From: Candidatus Woesebacteria bacterium
GTDB lineage: Bacteria; Patescibacteriota; Microgenomatia; UBA1400; UBA1396
DNA length: 64,000 nt
NCBI GenBank assembly: GCA_963749595.1
Contig: CAVVNJ010000002.1
Span: 32,606-96,605 of the forward strand
Direction: 5' to 3'
In this document: one piece after another, positions 34,607 through 43,844 of the stretch
Position numbering within the stretch: position 1 is the first letter of the stretch
Layout: each line of letters begins with the position of its first letter
Position numbers and translations under genes: made by a program
The notes under the pieces: generated by a model
Told to the model about the DNA's origin: nothing
What the model saw: the letters and a program-made list of their open reading frames with translations, nothing else
Databases searched by the model: none

Positions 34607-35158
34607 TTATTCGGTTTTCTTCTTACCCTTTAGCCGGGCGCTGACACTGAACTCGCGCTCCCCGCCACTGGCGGTCTCGATAACCTGCGAACCGGTCAGC
34701 TGGTAGTAACGGATCAAGTGGTTACTGACGGTCTGCTTGACCTCATTGGCCTCTTCCAGTAATTCTTTGATCTTGATCTGAAACTGGACGGCTTCCGGCG
34801 ATTCCTTAATCCGCTGTTTCTTGGCGGTTACCTCGGTCTTGACGGCTTTTTCTTTTTGCTCCGCCTCCTGCAACTCCTCGTTATTCTCAAACAAATTAGT
34901 CAATGATTCGCGCAAGTCGCGAATTTTTTTATTAAGCTCGTCGAGTTGGTCGCCGTAGCGTTCAACGATGTTCTGGATTGCGGTCAATTGCTCGCCAAAT
35001 TCCTCGGCTTGGACAGTTTGGGAAGCCAACTCATCAGCAGAGAGGGCTCCGATTTCACCCTCCGGCAAAACCTCGATTTCCGGCTCAGGTAAGGCCAGCT
35101 CGTCACCTTCGGGCAACGACTCGACGGCAGATTCGGCTAGAGCGGTTTCTTCAGGCAT
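34607..35158 (-). CDS. Acidic coiled-coil hypothetical protein
   Basis: ORF track lists 34607..35221. I trimmed it to the ATG at 35158, which follows the RBS AGGAGAA. N-terminal E/P/L-rich repeats (LPEGDELALPEPEIEVLPEGEIGAL) precede a coiled coil. Confidence 0.5.
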   Translation of the reverse strand: MPEETALAESAVESLPEGDELALPEPEIEVLPEGEIGALSADELASQTVQAEEFGEQLTAIQNIVERYGDQLDELNKKIRDLRESLTNLFENNEELQEAEQKEKAVKTEVTAKKQRIKESPEAVQFQIKIKELLEEANEVKQTVSNHLIRYYQLTGSQVIETASGGEREFSVSARLKGKKKTE

Positions 35159-35271
35159 GGGTTCTCCTCTTGGGTTCCTCGAAAAGCCACTGTAGCAGGC
35201 GGGGTAGAAAATTACAACCAACTGCCTCTAGGCGAAATTATCGGTCGAAAGTACAATCCAAAAAAACCTAT

Positions 35272-36105
35272 ATGAAAAACGAAATACAAGTCTCGTTAGT
35301 CAATATTATTAATCACAAAAAGGGAATCGATACCCGCATTCTTGATCATAGCGGCAAAAGAGAACTAATCCAGATCAGCCGCCGCCTGGCTGAGCATGCC
35401 CACAATCAAGGCATCAGGCGTGTGGCGTTCATTGACCGCAGCGCGCGTTTGGGCTACATCGGCTTTAGGAAGGAATGGCACAATCTCTATCCGCAGGAAA
35501 AACTGCCGTCCATCATCTTTTTTAATCCGCGCAGCTTCGTCTATCAAGATTTTTTGAATCAAAAATTTAAACTTTCCGATGAATTAACCCTCACCAGAGC
35601 GATGATGATCGCCGGAAAGGAAATGAGCGAAATTCAACTACTGCTGTTCTCCTGGAGAGAACTAGTCAACGAGATTTTGCCACAAAAAGGTCGGGCTCTC
35701 ACCAAGAACGCCCCCGCTAATGTGGGCGGAATTGTTGAGCGGTTGCGACAAGATTTTCCCCGGCTATGTCAGGACAAAAAGAGTCCGCTCCTGCTTATTG
35801 ATACTTGCCGCCATACCGGCAATGCTTATATGCCGATCGCGGAAACCTTGAAATGCGCCGGATTCAAAGATGTTCGATTGGCTTTGGTCTCCCATACTCG
35901 CGATCTGTCCGGGCAGTCCAATCCCGACTTTGTGGCTCTACCTGGCGAGCCGACTTATGCCTGTTATCCCTTTAAGCAGGATTCAATGGTGGAAAAAACT
36001 ACCAATCACCTTTACTCCGCGCCAACAGCTTCCTCTATGGAGCGACGCTGCGGGCAAGAACTCCGGCGCTCCTTAAAAGCAATCTTTGCGATGGAAATTA
36101 GATAG
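35272..36105 (+). CDS. Phosphoribosyltransferase-like hypothetical protein
   Basis: ORF track lists 34978..36105, whose N-part is antisense to the previous gene. I trimmed it to the ATG at 35272 (MKNEIQVSL...). PLLLIDTCRHTGNA resembles a PRPP-binding loop. Confidence 0.5.
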   Translation: MKNEIQVSLVNIINHKKGIDTRILDHSGKRELIQISRRLAEHAHNQGIRRVAFIDRSARLGYIGFRKEWHNLYPQEKLPSIIFFNPRSFVYQDFLNQKFKLSDELTLTRAMMIAGKEMSEIQLLLFSWRELVNEILPQKGRALTKNAPANVGGIVERLRQDFPRLCQDKKSPLLLIDTCRHTGNAYMPIAETLKCAGFKDVRLALVSHTRDLSGQSNPDFVALPGEPTYACYPFKQDSMVEKTTNHLYSAPTASSMERRCGQELRRSLKAIFAMEIR

Positions 36106-36107
36106 GG

Positions 36108-36181
36108 TGCGCCCGGCGGGATTCGAACCTGCGACCTACTCCTTAGAAGGGAGGCGCTCTATCCAGCTGAGCTACGGGCGC
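36108..36181 (-). tRNA. tRNA-Arg(TCT)
   Basis: Reverse complement is GCGCCCGTAGCTCAGCTGGATAGAGCGCCTCCCTTCTAAGGAGTAGGTCGCAGGTTCGAATCCCGCCGGGCGCA. Anticodon loop CTTCTAA. There is one A-C mismatch in the T-stem and one non-Watson-Crick 27-43 pair. Confidence 0.8.
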
Positions 36182-36197
36182 GCACGTGTATTCTACA

Positions 36198-36279
36198 GGA
36201 TCGTCCCTCCAGGTGTAAGGGTGGGAGAGGACGATCCCGGGATCGTCCCTCCAGGCCTGGGGTTGGTATAGGACGATCC
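36198..36279. repeat. Two tandem copies of a ~41-nt hairpin repeat immediately upstream of tRNA-Arg(TCT)
   Basis: GGATCGTCCCTCCAGG at 36198-36213 and again at 36240-36255. Each copy pairs with a downstream GGACGATCC (36229-36237 and 36271-36279). Confidence 0.8.
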
Positions 36280-36408
36280 TCCCCGGCTTGGGGTAAAAAA
36301 AATCGGAAAGTATCCCGGTGAGGGGGTAACTGTCCGACCTGTGTTGTATTAAACCTCATACTATAGGTTCCGTCAAGGGGTAGTTTCGGATAGTGTTCGG
36401 TTATGGGA

Positions 36409-37089
36409 TTAGCGGGTACTCGAGGCTGGTTTAGCCAGACGCTGGTACACCACCCCCAGATTGACTCCCACAAATGGGTAGCCATCGGTATAGATGGACA
36501 TTACGGCGGTCCGTTCGACCCGCCAGTGGAGATCAGCAGGCGGACGCTCAGTATCGAACGAACCGGAACAAATAAATCGACCGCCGGGCCGAACGTGCTT
36601 TGCCAGACAATCTAATAGGTCTTGTTCGCGTAGTTGTCGTTCCATATTGGGCAAGCGGAACATTGTCACGGTGTCAAACTGCACCGAGACCGGCCATTTA
36701 TCCAACAAATATCCCGCCCCAACGTCATAATAATCAATGATCAGAGGATTTTGCTTTGGAACTTCCGGAATTGGATCAACATCTCTACTCTCAGTTTCCA
36801 AACCAAAAATTATTGACTCTGGGTTAGAAAGAAACTCCGGTTCGGTGGTAACTAGCGATTTTACCTCTGGTCGCAATTTTTCGCGAAAACCTCCTTCCGG
36901 CAAAAAGAACAAGCATCGCTCTGGAAAGGCCTGACCATGGCCAATAACGAAGACATCACCGCTTACTTCCGACGGTTTGATAGCCATTGCTTCAATCGAT
37001 CCAAAGAATCCGCGAATCACGGAGGGGATAGATCGATCGTAATGGTCGATATCAAAAAAAACTTCCTCAGGCCGTCGGGATCGTGACAT
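36409..37089 (-). CDS. Class I SAM-dependent methyltransferase-like protein with unknown N-terminal domain
   Basis: 226 aa with YDVGAGYLL (motif I-like), FDTVTMFRL (motif II-like) and LAKHVRPGGRFI (motif III-like). Confidence 0.5.
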   Translation of the reverse strand: MSRSRRPEEVFFDIDHYDRSIPSVIRGFFGSIEAMAIKPSEVSGDVFVIGHGQAFPERCLFFLPEGGFREKLRPEVKSLVTTEPEFLSNPESIIFGLETESRDVDPIPEVPKQNPLIIDYYDVGAGYLLDKWPVSVQFDTVTMFRLPNMERQLREQDLLDCLAKHVRPGGRFICSGSFDTERPPADLHWRVERTAVMSIYTDGYPFVGVNLGVVYQRLAKPASSTR

Positions 37090-37123
37090 CGGGGAATTAT
37101 ACCACTTTTGCTATCAATATCGG

Positions 37124-37522
37124 CTATTCGGCTACTTTCACACGCCGATAGACCACGCCCAGATTGTGTCCGTAGAAAGGATAATCGGCATCGATTGTCG
37201 ACATCTCGGCAAACCGCTCAACCTGCCAATGCTTATTCTTCACCGGCTGATCGCTCGAATGAGAACCGGAGCAAATAAACCGACCACCGACCATGGACTT
37301 CACCTCCGGCCGAAATTTCTCGGTAAAAAAATCATCAGGCAACAAAAGCGAGCCGCGCTCGGGAAACAACTGCGCCTGGCCGATAACAAAAACTTTGCCG
37401 ATAATTTCACTAGGCTTCAATTGGAGTCGTCGCAGCGAAATTAAGAAGTTACGAATCATCGTTGGTGCTTCATCGCTCGAAAAGGTATCGTGTTCCTTTT
37501 CCATTGGTCGGGTGGGTGACAT
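37124..37522 (-). pseudogene. Internally deleted paralog of the 36409..37089 gene (lacks the methyltransferase core)
   Basis: 132 aa. It matches the neighbour at KVFVIGQAQLFPER/DVFVIGHGQAFPER, FREKLRPEVKSLV/FTEKFRPEVKSMV and GGRFICSGS...HW(R/Q)VER...GVVY(Q/R)R. It jumps directly from EVKSMV to GGRFICSGS. Confidence 0.45.
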
Positions 37523-37545
37523 ATCGGTTATAATAACACCGCCGA

Positions 37546-37616
37546 TCCCGGGTAGTGAAATGGCATCACAACTGGCTCTGAACCAGTTATTCGAGGTTCG
37601 AATCCTTGCCCGGGAA
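37546..37616 (+). tRNA. tRNA-Gln(CTG)
   Basis: TCCCGGGTAGTGAAATGGCATCACAACTGGCTCTGAACCAGTTATTCGAGGTTCGAATCCTTGCCCGGGAA. The U1-A72 pair is typical of tRNA-Gln. Anticodon loop CTCTGAA. Confidence 0.85.
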
Positions 37617-37691
37617 CCTTTGAGATTACACTCAAAAAAACATTTGCGTAGTTTTTACATAAAAAGTCATGATTACTATACAATCAAATTT

Positions 37692-37919
37692 ATGAAGAAA
37701 ATTAGCTTGTTATTAGTCGTAATTATTTGTTTGATCGCAATTTTCCAAGGTATTTTTAAAATCTACAAAGTTGACGTAGCTAATACGTGCCAGTGGAAAA
37801 ACGGAAAAATTGTCTTATCAACAGTGATGATAGCTAAGGTTAAGTATGTACTTGTTCGTAGATCCAATGAAACAGAGTTTATAAAAAGATCCGAAAAAAA
37901 TGGTGTCTGCATTTATTAG
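37692..37919 (+). CDS. Small membrane-anchored/secreted hypothetical protein (75 aa)
   Basis: I trimmed ORF 37293..37919 to the ATG at 37692 (MKKISLLLVVIICLIAIFQG...). The local sequence is AT-rich. Confidence 0.4.
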   Translation: MKKISLLLVVIICLIAIFQGIFKIYKVDVANTCQWKNGKIVLSTVMIAKVKYVLVRRSNETEFIKRSEKNGVCIY

Positions 37920-37955
37920 CAGCGCAGTAGTCTTTTTCGCTATAATTAACCCGGA

Positions 37956-39137
37956 ATGATCTCTGGTTTTATTACCAAAATATATCTCTATCGATTCTTC
38001 GCGGATTTAATCTTTATTTATCCGGTTTATTCGGTAATGTTTGTCGATCATGGTCTCAGTCCGATCCAGATATCAATCTTGTTGATGACTTGGGCGGGAA
38101 CCTCATTTATTCTGGAAGTACCCTCCGGTGTCTTGGCTGATAAGTATTCCCGGAAAAATATTTTGGCACTGGCCCAAATAATCAGAATTGCGGGTTATCT
38201 ATTTTGGATCTTGCGACCGGATTTTTTTGGTTTCTTGATCGGCTTTATCTTGTGGGGCGTCCAAAGTGCCTTTACCTCTGGTACTTTGGAAAGTTTTGTT
38301 TTCGACGAACTTAAAGCCCAGCAACTCGAATCCCGGTACACTAAAGTATGGGGGCAACTAGAAAGTTTGGGATATCTGGCGCTCTTGTTCTCCGGTGTAG
38401 GAGCAGCTTTAGCAGTGAATTTTGGTTATAGTTTTGTTTTGGTAATCAGCCTTATTTCCTTGGTTGTTTCGACTATTACTGTCTGTCTGATACCAAGCGT
38501 GAAAGCCGCTGCCTCAACCGAGGAAACAAAGTACTTCGCCTTGTTACGCCGGGGCCTGAAGGCCAGTTTTAAAAATATTCCGGTCTTAAAGATCATCGTC
38601 TTTGTCTCTCTGGTTCAAGCCCTGTTCGGCGCCCTGGATGAGTACTGGCCGATTTTTGCTAATGAGGCGGGGTTAGCTCGGTCTGGTTTAGGTGTCTTTT
38701 TTGCCCTGTATGGTTCAGTCCAAATTCTGGCCAGCCTGATCGCCTACCGCTTGGAAAAACTATCCTCCACCTTCTTTGAGTTTTTGTTTGTCATCAATGG
38801 ATTATTGCTTCTCGCCGCTTCATATTTCTATCGAGTATCGTCTTTGGTGCTGCTCTTGTTGTTCAGTTTCCTTTTCAAATTAATCGACGTTGTTCTGCAG
38901 AGCCGGCTCCAACATCAGGTGACAGAAGTCAGCGTCCGGGCCACCATCACGTCGGTCAAAGGCTTTTTTGTCGAGTTAACCGTCATGGCACTCTATCTGA
39001 TCATGGGTCTGATGGCGAAGTCTATGGGTTACCAAAGTGCCTTCGGAGGGGTCGGGATTATTATCAGCGTCATCGGCATGATATATTTGGGCCTCGAACT
39101 TATAAAGGCAATCAAGACGAAAGAAAGGCAAAAATGA
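37956..39137 (+). CDS. MFS transporter
   Basis: 393 aa with about 12 hydrophobic segments and an MFS loop-like motif, GVLADKYSRKN. Confidence 0.8.
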   Translation: MISGFITKIYLYRFFADLIFIYPVYSVMFVDHGLSPIQISILLMTWAGTSFILEVPSGVLADKYSRKNILALAQIIRIAGYLFWILRPDFFGFLIGFILWGVQSAFTSGTLESFVFDELKAQQLESRYTKVWGQLESLGYLALLFSGVGAALAVNFGYSFVLVISLISLVVSTITVCLIPSVKAAASTEETKYFALLRRGLKASFKNIPVLKIIVFVSLVQALFGALDEYWPIFANEAGLARSGLGVFFALYGSVQILASLIAYRLEKLSSTFFEFLFVINGLLLLAASYFYRVSSLVLLLLFSFLFKLIDVVLQSRLQHQVTEVSVRATITSVKGFFVELTVMALYLIMGLMAKSMGYQSAFGGVGIIISVIGMIYLGLELIKAIKTKERQK

Positions 39138-39589
39138 CTCCTCTCGAACAAGGATCAGGTTATCCCGGGTATCAGGATCTGATCTCTCAGCTGCAATTGG
39201 CGATCAAAATTCAGATCGACTCGTTTCGTCAGGATATAGAACAACGCCTTGGCAATCGGCCACTAAAAGCCGCGGCGGAGAAGCTTCGCCTTCGAGTTGA
39301 TGCGAGAATGACGGAATCGCGGCTAAACGAAACCTGGACGGAAATGCTAGCCTACGATTTGGCGGCAATGGAAGAAGCCAGAAAGATTTTAAATTATCTT
39401 CGGGTCGGCCGAATCGCTGACGTGGACGGAACGGCGATTATTTACTCCCTAGGACAAATCTGCCAATCAGTTGGGGTTGACGTCAAGCGAACCTTTGACG
39501 ATCCTGATTTGGCAACCCAACTAGCCAGACGACAACTGGCGTCGGAAATCCAGACCTTGCTTGCGGACATGCTCGGATTTAATCGTTAA
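39134..39589 (+). CDS. Hypothetical protein
   Basis: 151 aa. The start overlaps the MFS gene stop (ATGA). No domain recognised. Confidence 0.5.
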   Translation: MTPLEQGSGYPGYQDLISQLQLAIKIQIDSFRQDIEQRLGNRPLKAAAEKLRLRVDARMTESRLNETWTEMLAYDLAAMEEARKILNYLRVGRIADVDGTAIIYSLGQICQSVGVDVKRTFDDPDLATQLARRQLASEIQTLLADMLGFNR

Positions 39590-39591
39590 AG

Positions 39592-40052
39592 TTACTCAAC
39601 TTTTTCGATTTGATATTCCACGGCTCCGGAAGGAGTTTCTACTCTGATTTGATCGCCGACTTTTTTACCTAGGACCGCCGCGCCGATCGGACTGGCCAGC
39701 GGATAATTTTTGTTTCACCGGATCTGATTCATGTTCGCTGACCAGCATGAACTTCAGTTCGCCCCGCGGACCGGCCAAAGTTAAGGTGGCCCCGAAATCG
39801 ATGGTGTTACCGGTTGGTCTTTCTCGTATTTCTCCCTCGCGCAGTAAATAATTGAGCTGCCGCAAGCTCCCGCCCAATGTTGCCCAGCTCGAACTTGGCA
39901 TAGCGGTAAGCACCGTTTTCGGAAAGGTCGCCCATTTCGCGCGCCGCCTTGAGGCGCACCAAGGTTTCCTCGCGCAAGTCGTGAAGTTGTTTACGCCGCT
40001 CGATCATTTTCTGAAAGGCGGCGCGCGTGAACGGAATTTTCGGTTCGGGCAT
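39592..40052 (-). pseudogene. greA: Transcription elongation factor GreA, split over three frames (two frameshifts)
   Basis: Frame 1: MPEPKIPFTRAAFQKMIERRKQLHDLREETLVRLKAAREMGDLSENGAYRYAKFELGNIGRE. Frame 2: LRQLNYLLREGEIRERPTGNTIDFGATLTLAGPRGELKFMLVSEHESDPVKQKL. Frame 3: YPLASPIGAAVLGKKVGDQIRVETPSGAVEYQIEKVE*. The shifts lie near 39860-39875 and 39700-39715. Confidence 0.75.
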
Positions 40053-40116
40053 AATGTCCCGAGTATAGTCTTATACCGGGTGTATACACTAGGTCTGTTC
40101 AACAGAGGAGGAAGTC

Positions 40117-41055
40117 ATGAGTCGTATTCTCGTTACCGGCGCTTTCGGTCAAATCGGATCGGAATTAGTTCCGGCTTTGCAACAAAACACGGAATCGATA
40201 ACGTCATCGCCATCGGCCACCGTAACGTGCCGCCTGAGTTTAAGGGCATTCTGGAATCCGCGGATGCGATGGACTTTAATCGGCTGAAAGAATTGGTCGA
40301 GAAATATGACGTCGACACCATTTACCATCTGGTTTCACTGTTGTCCGCCACCGGTGAGAAAAATCCCGATTTGGCTTGGGAATTAAACTTGGTCGGCTTG
40401 AAGGGGATACTTGATTTAGCCAAGGAAAAGAAATTACGTCTATTCTGGCCGAGCTCGATCGCTGCCTTCGGCCCGACCACGCCGCGGCAGCAAACGCCCG
40501 CAACATACCGTCCTCGAACCAACCACGATGTATGGCGTGACCAAGGTCGCCGGCGAGTTATTGGTGCAGTACTACTACCAAAAATACGGCGTCGACGTGC
40601 GCAGCGTGCGCTATCCGGGCATTATCAGCTGGAAAGCCGAACCAGGCGGCGGTACGACCGATTACGCGGTGGCGATTTTCTACGACGGCATCAAATACGG
40701 ACGCTACACCTGCTTCGTTAAACCGGAAACGGTTTTGCCGATGATGTATATGGACGACGCGGTGAAAGCCACGATCCAGCTCATGGACGCCGATCCGGAA
40801 AAATTGACTGTCCGGACCAGTTATAACCTGGCGGCAATCAGTTTTTCGGTGGAAGAATTGGCGAATGAGATCCGCAAACATCTTCCCTTGGAAGTCGCAT
40901 ATGAACCGGACCAGCGCCAGAAAATTGCCGATTCCTGGCCGCAATCGATCGATGACAGCCAGGCTCGACAAGACTGGAACTGGAAACACGAATTCGACTT
41001 GTCGAAAATGACGGAAGTGATGCTGGAAAACTTGGGAAAGAAATTAAAAGCTTAA
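40117..41055 (+). pseudogene. tdh: L-threonine 3-dehydrogenase (SDR/epimerase-type), split over three frames (two frameshifts)
   Basis: RBS GAGGAGG then MSRILVTGAFGQIGSELVPALQQ. After a shift: KHGIDNVIAIGHRNVPPEF...FWPSSIAAFGPTTPRQQTP. After a second shift: QHTVLEPTTMYGVTKVAGELLVQYYYQKYGVDVRSVRYPGIIS... to the stop at 41055. The shifts lie near 40181-40190 and 40495-40503. Confidence 0.75.
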
Positions 41056-41116
41056 AAATCGTAAGGGGATTTTCCTCTAAATGAGGATAATCCCCGCTAC
41101 AATGTAGAAAGGCCAT

Positions 41117-42360
41117 ATGTCCAAACAAGCATTTTTACAGGTACTGCAAAAGGAACTTGAGCGCGTCGACTCGGTCCACGTCAGCAAGCGGCGAGAGCGG
41201 GTGATCAGCGGCTTCACCAAAGACGCTTCGCCCAAAGCGATTATCGACGGAAAAGAATACCGGATCTTCAACTCCAACGACTACCTGGGTCTGCGCCATG
41301 ATCCCGATCTACTGGCGGCCGAACACGCCGCGGGAGAAAAGTTTGGCACCGGCCCAGGCGCGGTGCGGTTTATTTCCGGCACGATGTCGGTTCACCAAGA
41401 ACTGGAGGCCGCCACGGCTAAGTTCCACGGACGGAAAGCAGCAATGGTCTTTTCCTCGGCGTTTGCCACAAACCTGGCGGTATTGCACGCCCTGATTAAG
41501 GGCCAGAGCGCCGATTCGATGGTTAGCGCCAAGACTCTGGTTTTGTCCGATGCCTTGAATCATCGCAGTATCATCGACGGTATCCGCGTCGCCAATCTGG
41601 ACAAAGAGGCGCGGCCAATCTTCGAACACCTTAATCCAGCTGACGCGGGACGAGTGCTGAAGGAAAACGTCGGCAAATTCGATCGCGCCCTGGTGATAAC
41701 CGATGGCGTGTTTCAGCATGCTGGGTGAGTACCAGGACCTAAAGGCCCTGCGGGAAGTAATCGACCAGTACGATGACCAGTATCCGGAGGGCGTCTGGTT
41801 GGTGGTGGACGATGCCCATGGCGTGGGCGCGTTCGGTCCGACCGGCCGTGGCACGGAAGAAATGAGCGGCGCCCAAGCCGACGTTTTAATCGGCACCTAT
41901 GGCAAGGCTTTCGGCGCGGACGGCGGTTACGTCACGGCAGACGAGACGGTGATCGCTTATTTGCGCGAATCCGCCGCCACCTATATCTACTCGAATTCGA
42001 TCTCGCCCGGGAACGGCCGGGGCAGCCAAGAAAGCGCTGGAAATGATGGGTTCGCCGGAAGGGCAACAAAAGCTACATCAACTGGAAAAGAATGTTGCCC
42101 GAATGAAAGAGGGGCTAAAACAAGCCGGGTTCGCCATGGCGGCGGATTCGCGCCACCCCATCCAACCGCTGTTGATCGGCGATCCGGAAAAGACGCAAAA
42201 ATTGGTCGAGTATTTCTTCCAGAACGGCATCCTGGCCACGGCGATTAGTTACCCGGTCGTGCCGCGCGGACGGGACGAAATCCGCATCCAGCTTAGCGCT
42301 GCGCATCAAGATGAAGATGTTGAAGCATTTCTGAAGGTCTTAAGCAGTTTTGTTGGCTAG
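41117..42360 (+). pseudogene. kbl: 2-amino-3-ketobutyrate CoA ligase (glycine C-acetyltransferase), split over three frames (two frameshifts)
   Basis: Frame 1: NSNDYLGLRHDP...ALNHRSIIDGIR...LVITDGVF. Frame 2: SMLGEYQDL...VVDDAHGVGAFGPTGRGT...GTYGKAFG (PLP lysine)...YIYSNSISPG. Frame 3: AGAAKKALEMMGSPEG...ISYPVVPRGRDEIRIQLSAAH. The shifts lie near 41708-41718 and 42006-42022. Confidence 0.75.
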
Positions 42361-43050
42361 CCGACTTAGAAATTGTGAAAGAAGCAACACTTCATTCAGG
42401 ACGCTCTCCGGGCTATCGCTACCATGGAGAACGGTATTGTGTACGTCTTTGGCATACCTGGCGCGGAGAGCATCGGGAGCAATTTCTCTTAATTTCACCA
42501 CATCCCAGTGTTGGCCCATTTGTTCACGCCAATTTTCCACGGCCCAACCTTCGGCAGAGTAGAGCAATAAGAAAGTTGACGGGCCGCGCAACATCAAGCT
42601 CACAAATTCGTCCCACCTGGTTTCGTGGTGAAGTCCATAGCGATTGGCTTCCATCGGCGGCAGATTTTTTTGTCGGGTGGCGCCACCACCATACCACTGT
42701 GCCACCATTTCGGGAGTAAAAATTAGCGAAAGCGAAAAAACGATTTGTAGGGGCGATTTAATATCAACTTTGATTCTCTCAAATAGCTCGGCGTCACCAA
42801 GTAAAGATTCGGTTTGGGGAAAGGCTTGATCCAATTCCGGCCGAATCATGGCTAGCGTCAATTTATTGGCTTGAATTAAAACTTTAATCTCTTCCGATTC
42901 TAGCATCCGCCTAATCGCTTCAATGGAGGCCGGAGAAAAACTAGTTTCCGCCAATAAACCTTGGGCATAAAACTGCCACATCTTTTCCCGACTAAATTCT
43001 TCCGGAATAGGAGTCGCTTTTAGCTGATCAACAATTCGCTTATTCATCAA
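42340..43050 (-). CDS. ndk: Nucleoside diphosphate kinase-like protein with N-terminal extension (divergent)
   Basis: 236 aa with LTLAMIRPE (compare ERTLAMIKPD), MLRGPSTFLLLYS (compare SGPVVAMV) and DALRARYAKDVHNTVLHGSDSPESVLNEV (compare TIRGDF..N.VHGSDS.ESA..EI). Confidence 0.6.
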   Translation of the reverse strand: MMNKRIVDQLKATPIPEEFSREKMWQFYAQGLLAETSFSPASIEAIRRMLESEEIKVLIQANKLTLAMIRPELDQAFPQTESLLGDAELFERIKVDIKSPLQIVFSLSLIFTPEMVAQWYGGGATRQKNLPPMEANRYGLHHETRWDEFVSLMLRGPSTFLLLYSAEGWAVENWREQMGQHWDVVKLREIAPDALRARYAKDVHNTVLHGSDSPESVLNEVLLLSQFLSRLANKTA

Positions 43051-43760
43051 GGTGAATTATACTTGACTACGGTCGCAAACCGGCCCTCTGGTTCTCCAGT
43101 GCGAATCGACCGGTAATGGGAAAAATATCGGTCGGATAATTTGACCGTGTCTTCTCCCAAAAAAGTCATGTTCTCTAGGGTTAAACCCTCGCGCTCAAGC
43201 TGATTTGCCGCATAACCAACCAGGTCGATCGACACCCCCATTTTTACCGGACGAAGAAATGGTTGCCAACTTGGATCGGTTTCATGCTCGATCGGGGAGG
43301 GGAGAATATAAGATTCGGCCGAAATCGACGGGCCAAAAATCGCCTTAAGGTCAGCGGTTTTTTTACCGAATCGATCGACTAGAATCCGCAGCACCTTCCT
43401 TGGCAATCCCAGCGCCGCCGTTTTCCGGCTGACGTGAATCAGAGCGAGAATCGATTCTTCCTGATCAAATAATATTATCGGCAGACAGTCGGCCGTCAGT
43501 AAAAATAATCCCAAGCCTTTTTCCTGAGTAATCAGGGCATCAGCCAACAAGGCTGTCTCTAGATCCAACATCCCTTGTCCCGCGTTGGTCCGATCGACAA
43601 TCGCTACTTCGTCCCGATGCTGCCCTAAAACCGTCACACAGTTTTCTAATTTCAAGTCATGTTTACTAAGCCACCGGTGGCGGTTAGCCAAGACTGCTTC
43701 CGGATCGTCATAACGAAAGGACATATTCCCGTCGGCTTTAGTCGAAACGCCATAAACCAT
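43047..43760 (-). CDS. YfiH/PgeF (DUF152, laccase-domain) family protein
   Basis: 237 aa with STKADGNMS, ADALIT, LLTADCLPIILFD and LIHVSRKTAALG (a variant of HAGWRG). Confidence 0.65.
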   Translation of the reverse strand: MVYGVSTKADGNMSFRYDDPEAVLANRHRWLSKHDLKLENCVTVLGQHRDEVAIVDRTNAGQGMLDLETALLADALITQEKGLGLFLLTADCLPIILFDQEESILALIHVSRKTAALGLPRKVLRILVDRFGKKTADLKAIFGPSISAESYILPSPIEHETDPSWQPFLRPVKMGVSIDLVGYAANQLEREGLTLENMTFLGEDTVKLSDRYFSHYRSIRTGEPEGRFATVVKYNSP

Positions 43761-43844
43761 GGGAAATAGTATAGCTGGTTGGTTTAGTTAAGTTTGACAA
43801 GCAATTCATAAAAACGCTAGCATTGAGCAAAACAGAGGAGGTCA

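Noticed and set aside
34978-35271. N-terminal 98 codons of ORF 34978..36105
   Set aside because: This part is antisense to the coiled-coil gene and R/P/A-rich. A clean ATG at 35272 begins the plausible protein.
36198-36283. Possible CRISPR array
   Set aside because: There are only two repeat units, each self-complementary, with spacers of about 15-20 nt. No cas genes lie anywhere in the window.
36159-36485. 108-aa minus-strand ORF and 61-aa plus ORF (36086..36271)
   Set aside because: They are composed of tRNA-Arg(TCT) plus the hairpin repeats. The repetitive P/G/R composition comes from the repeat.
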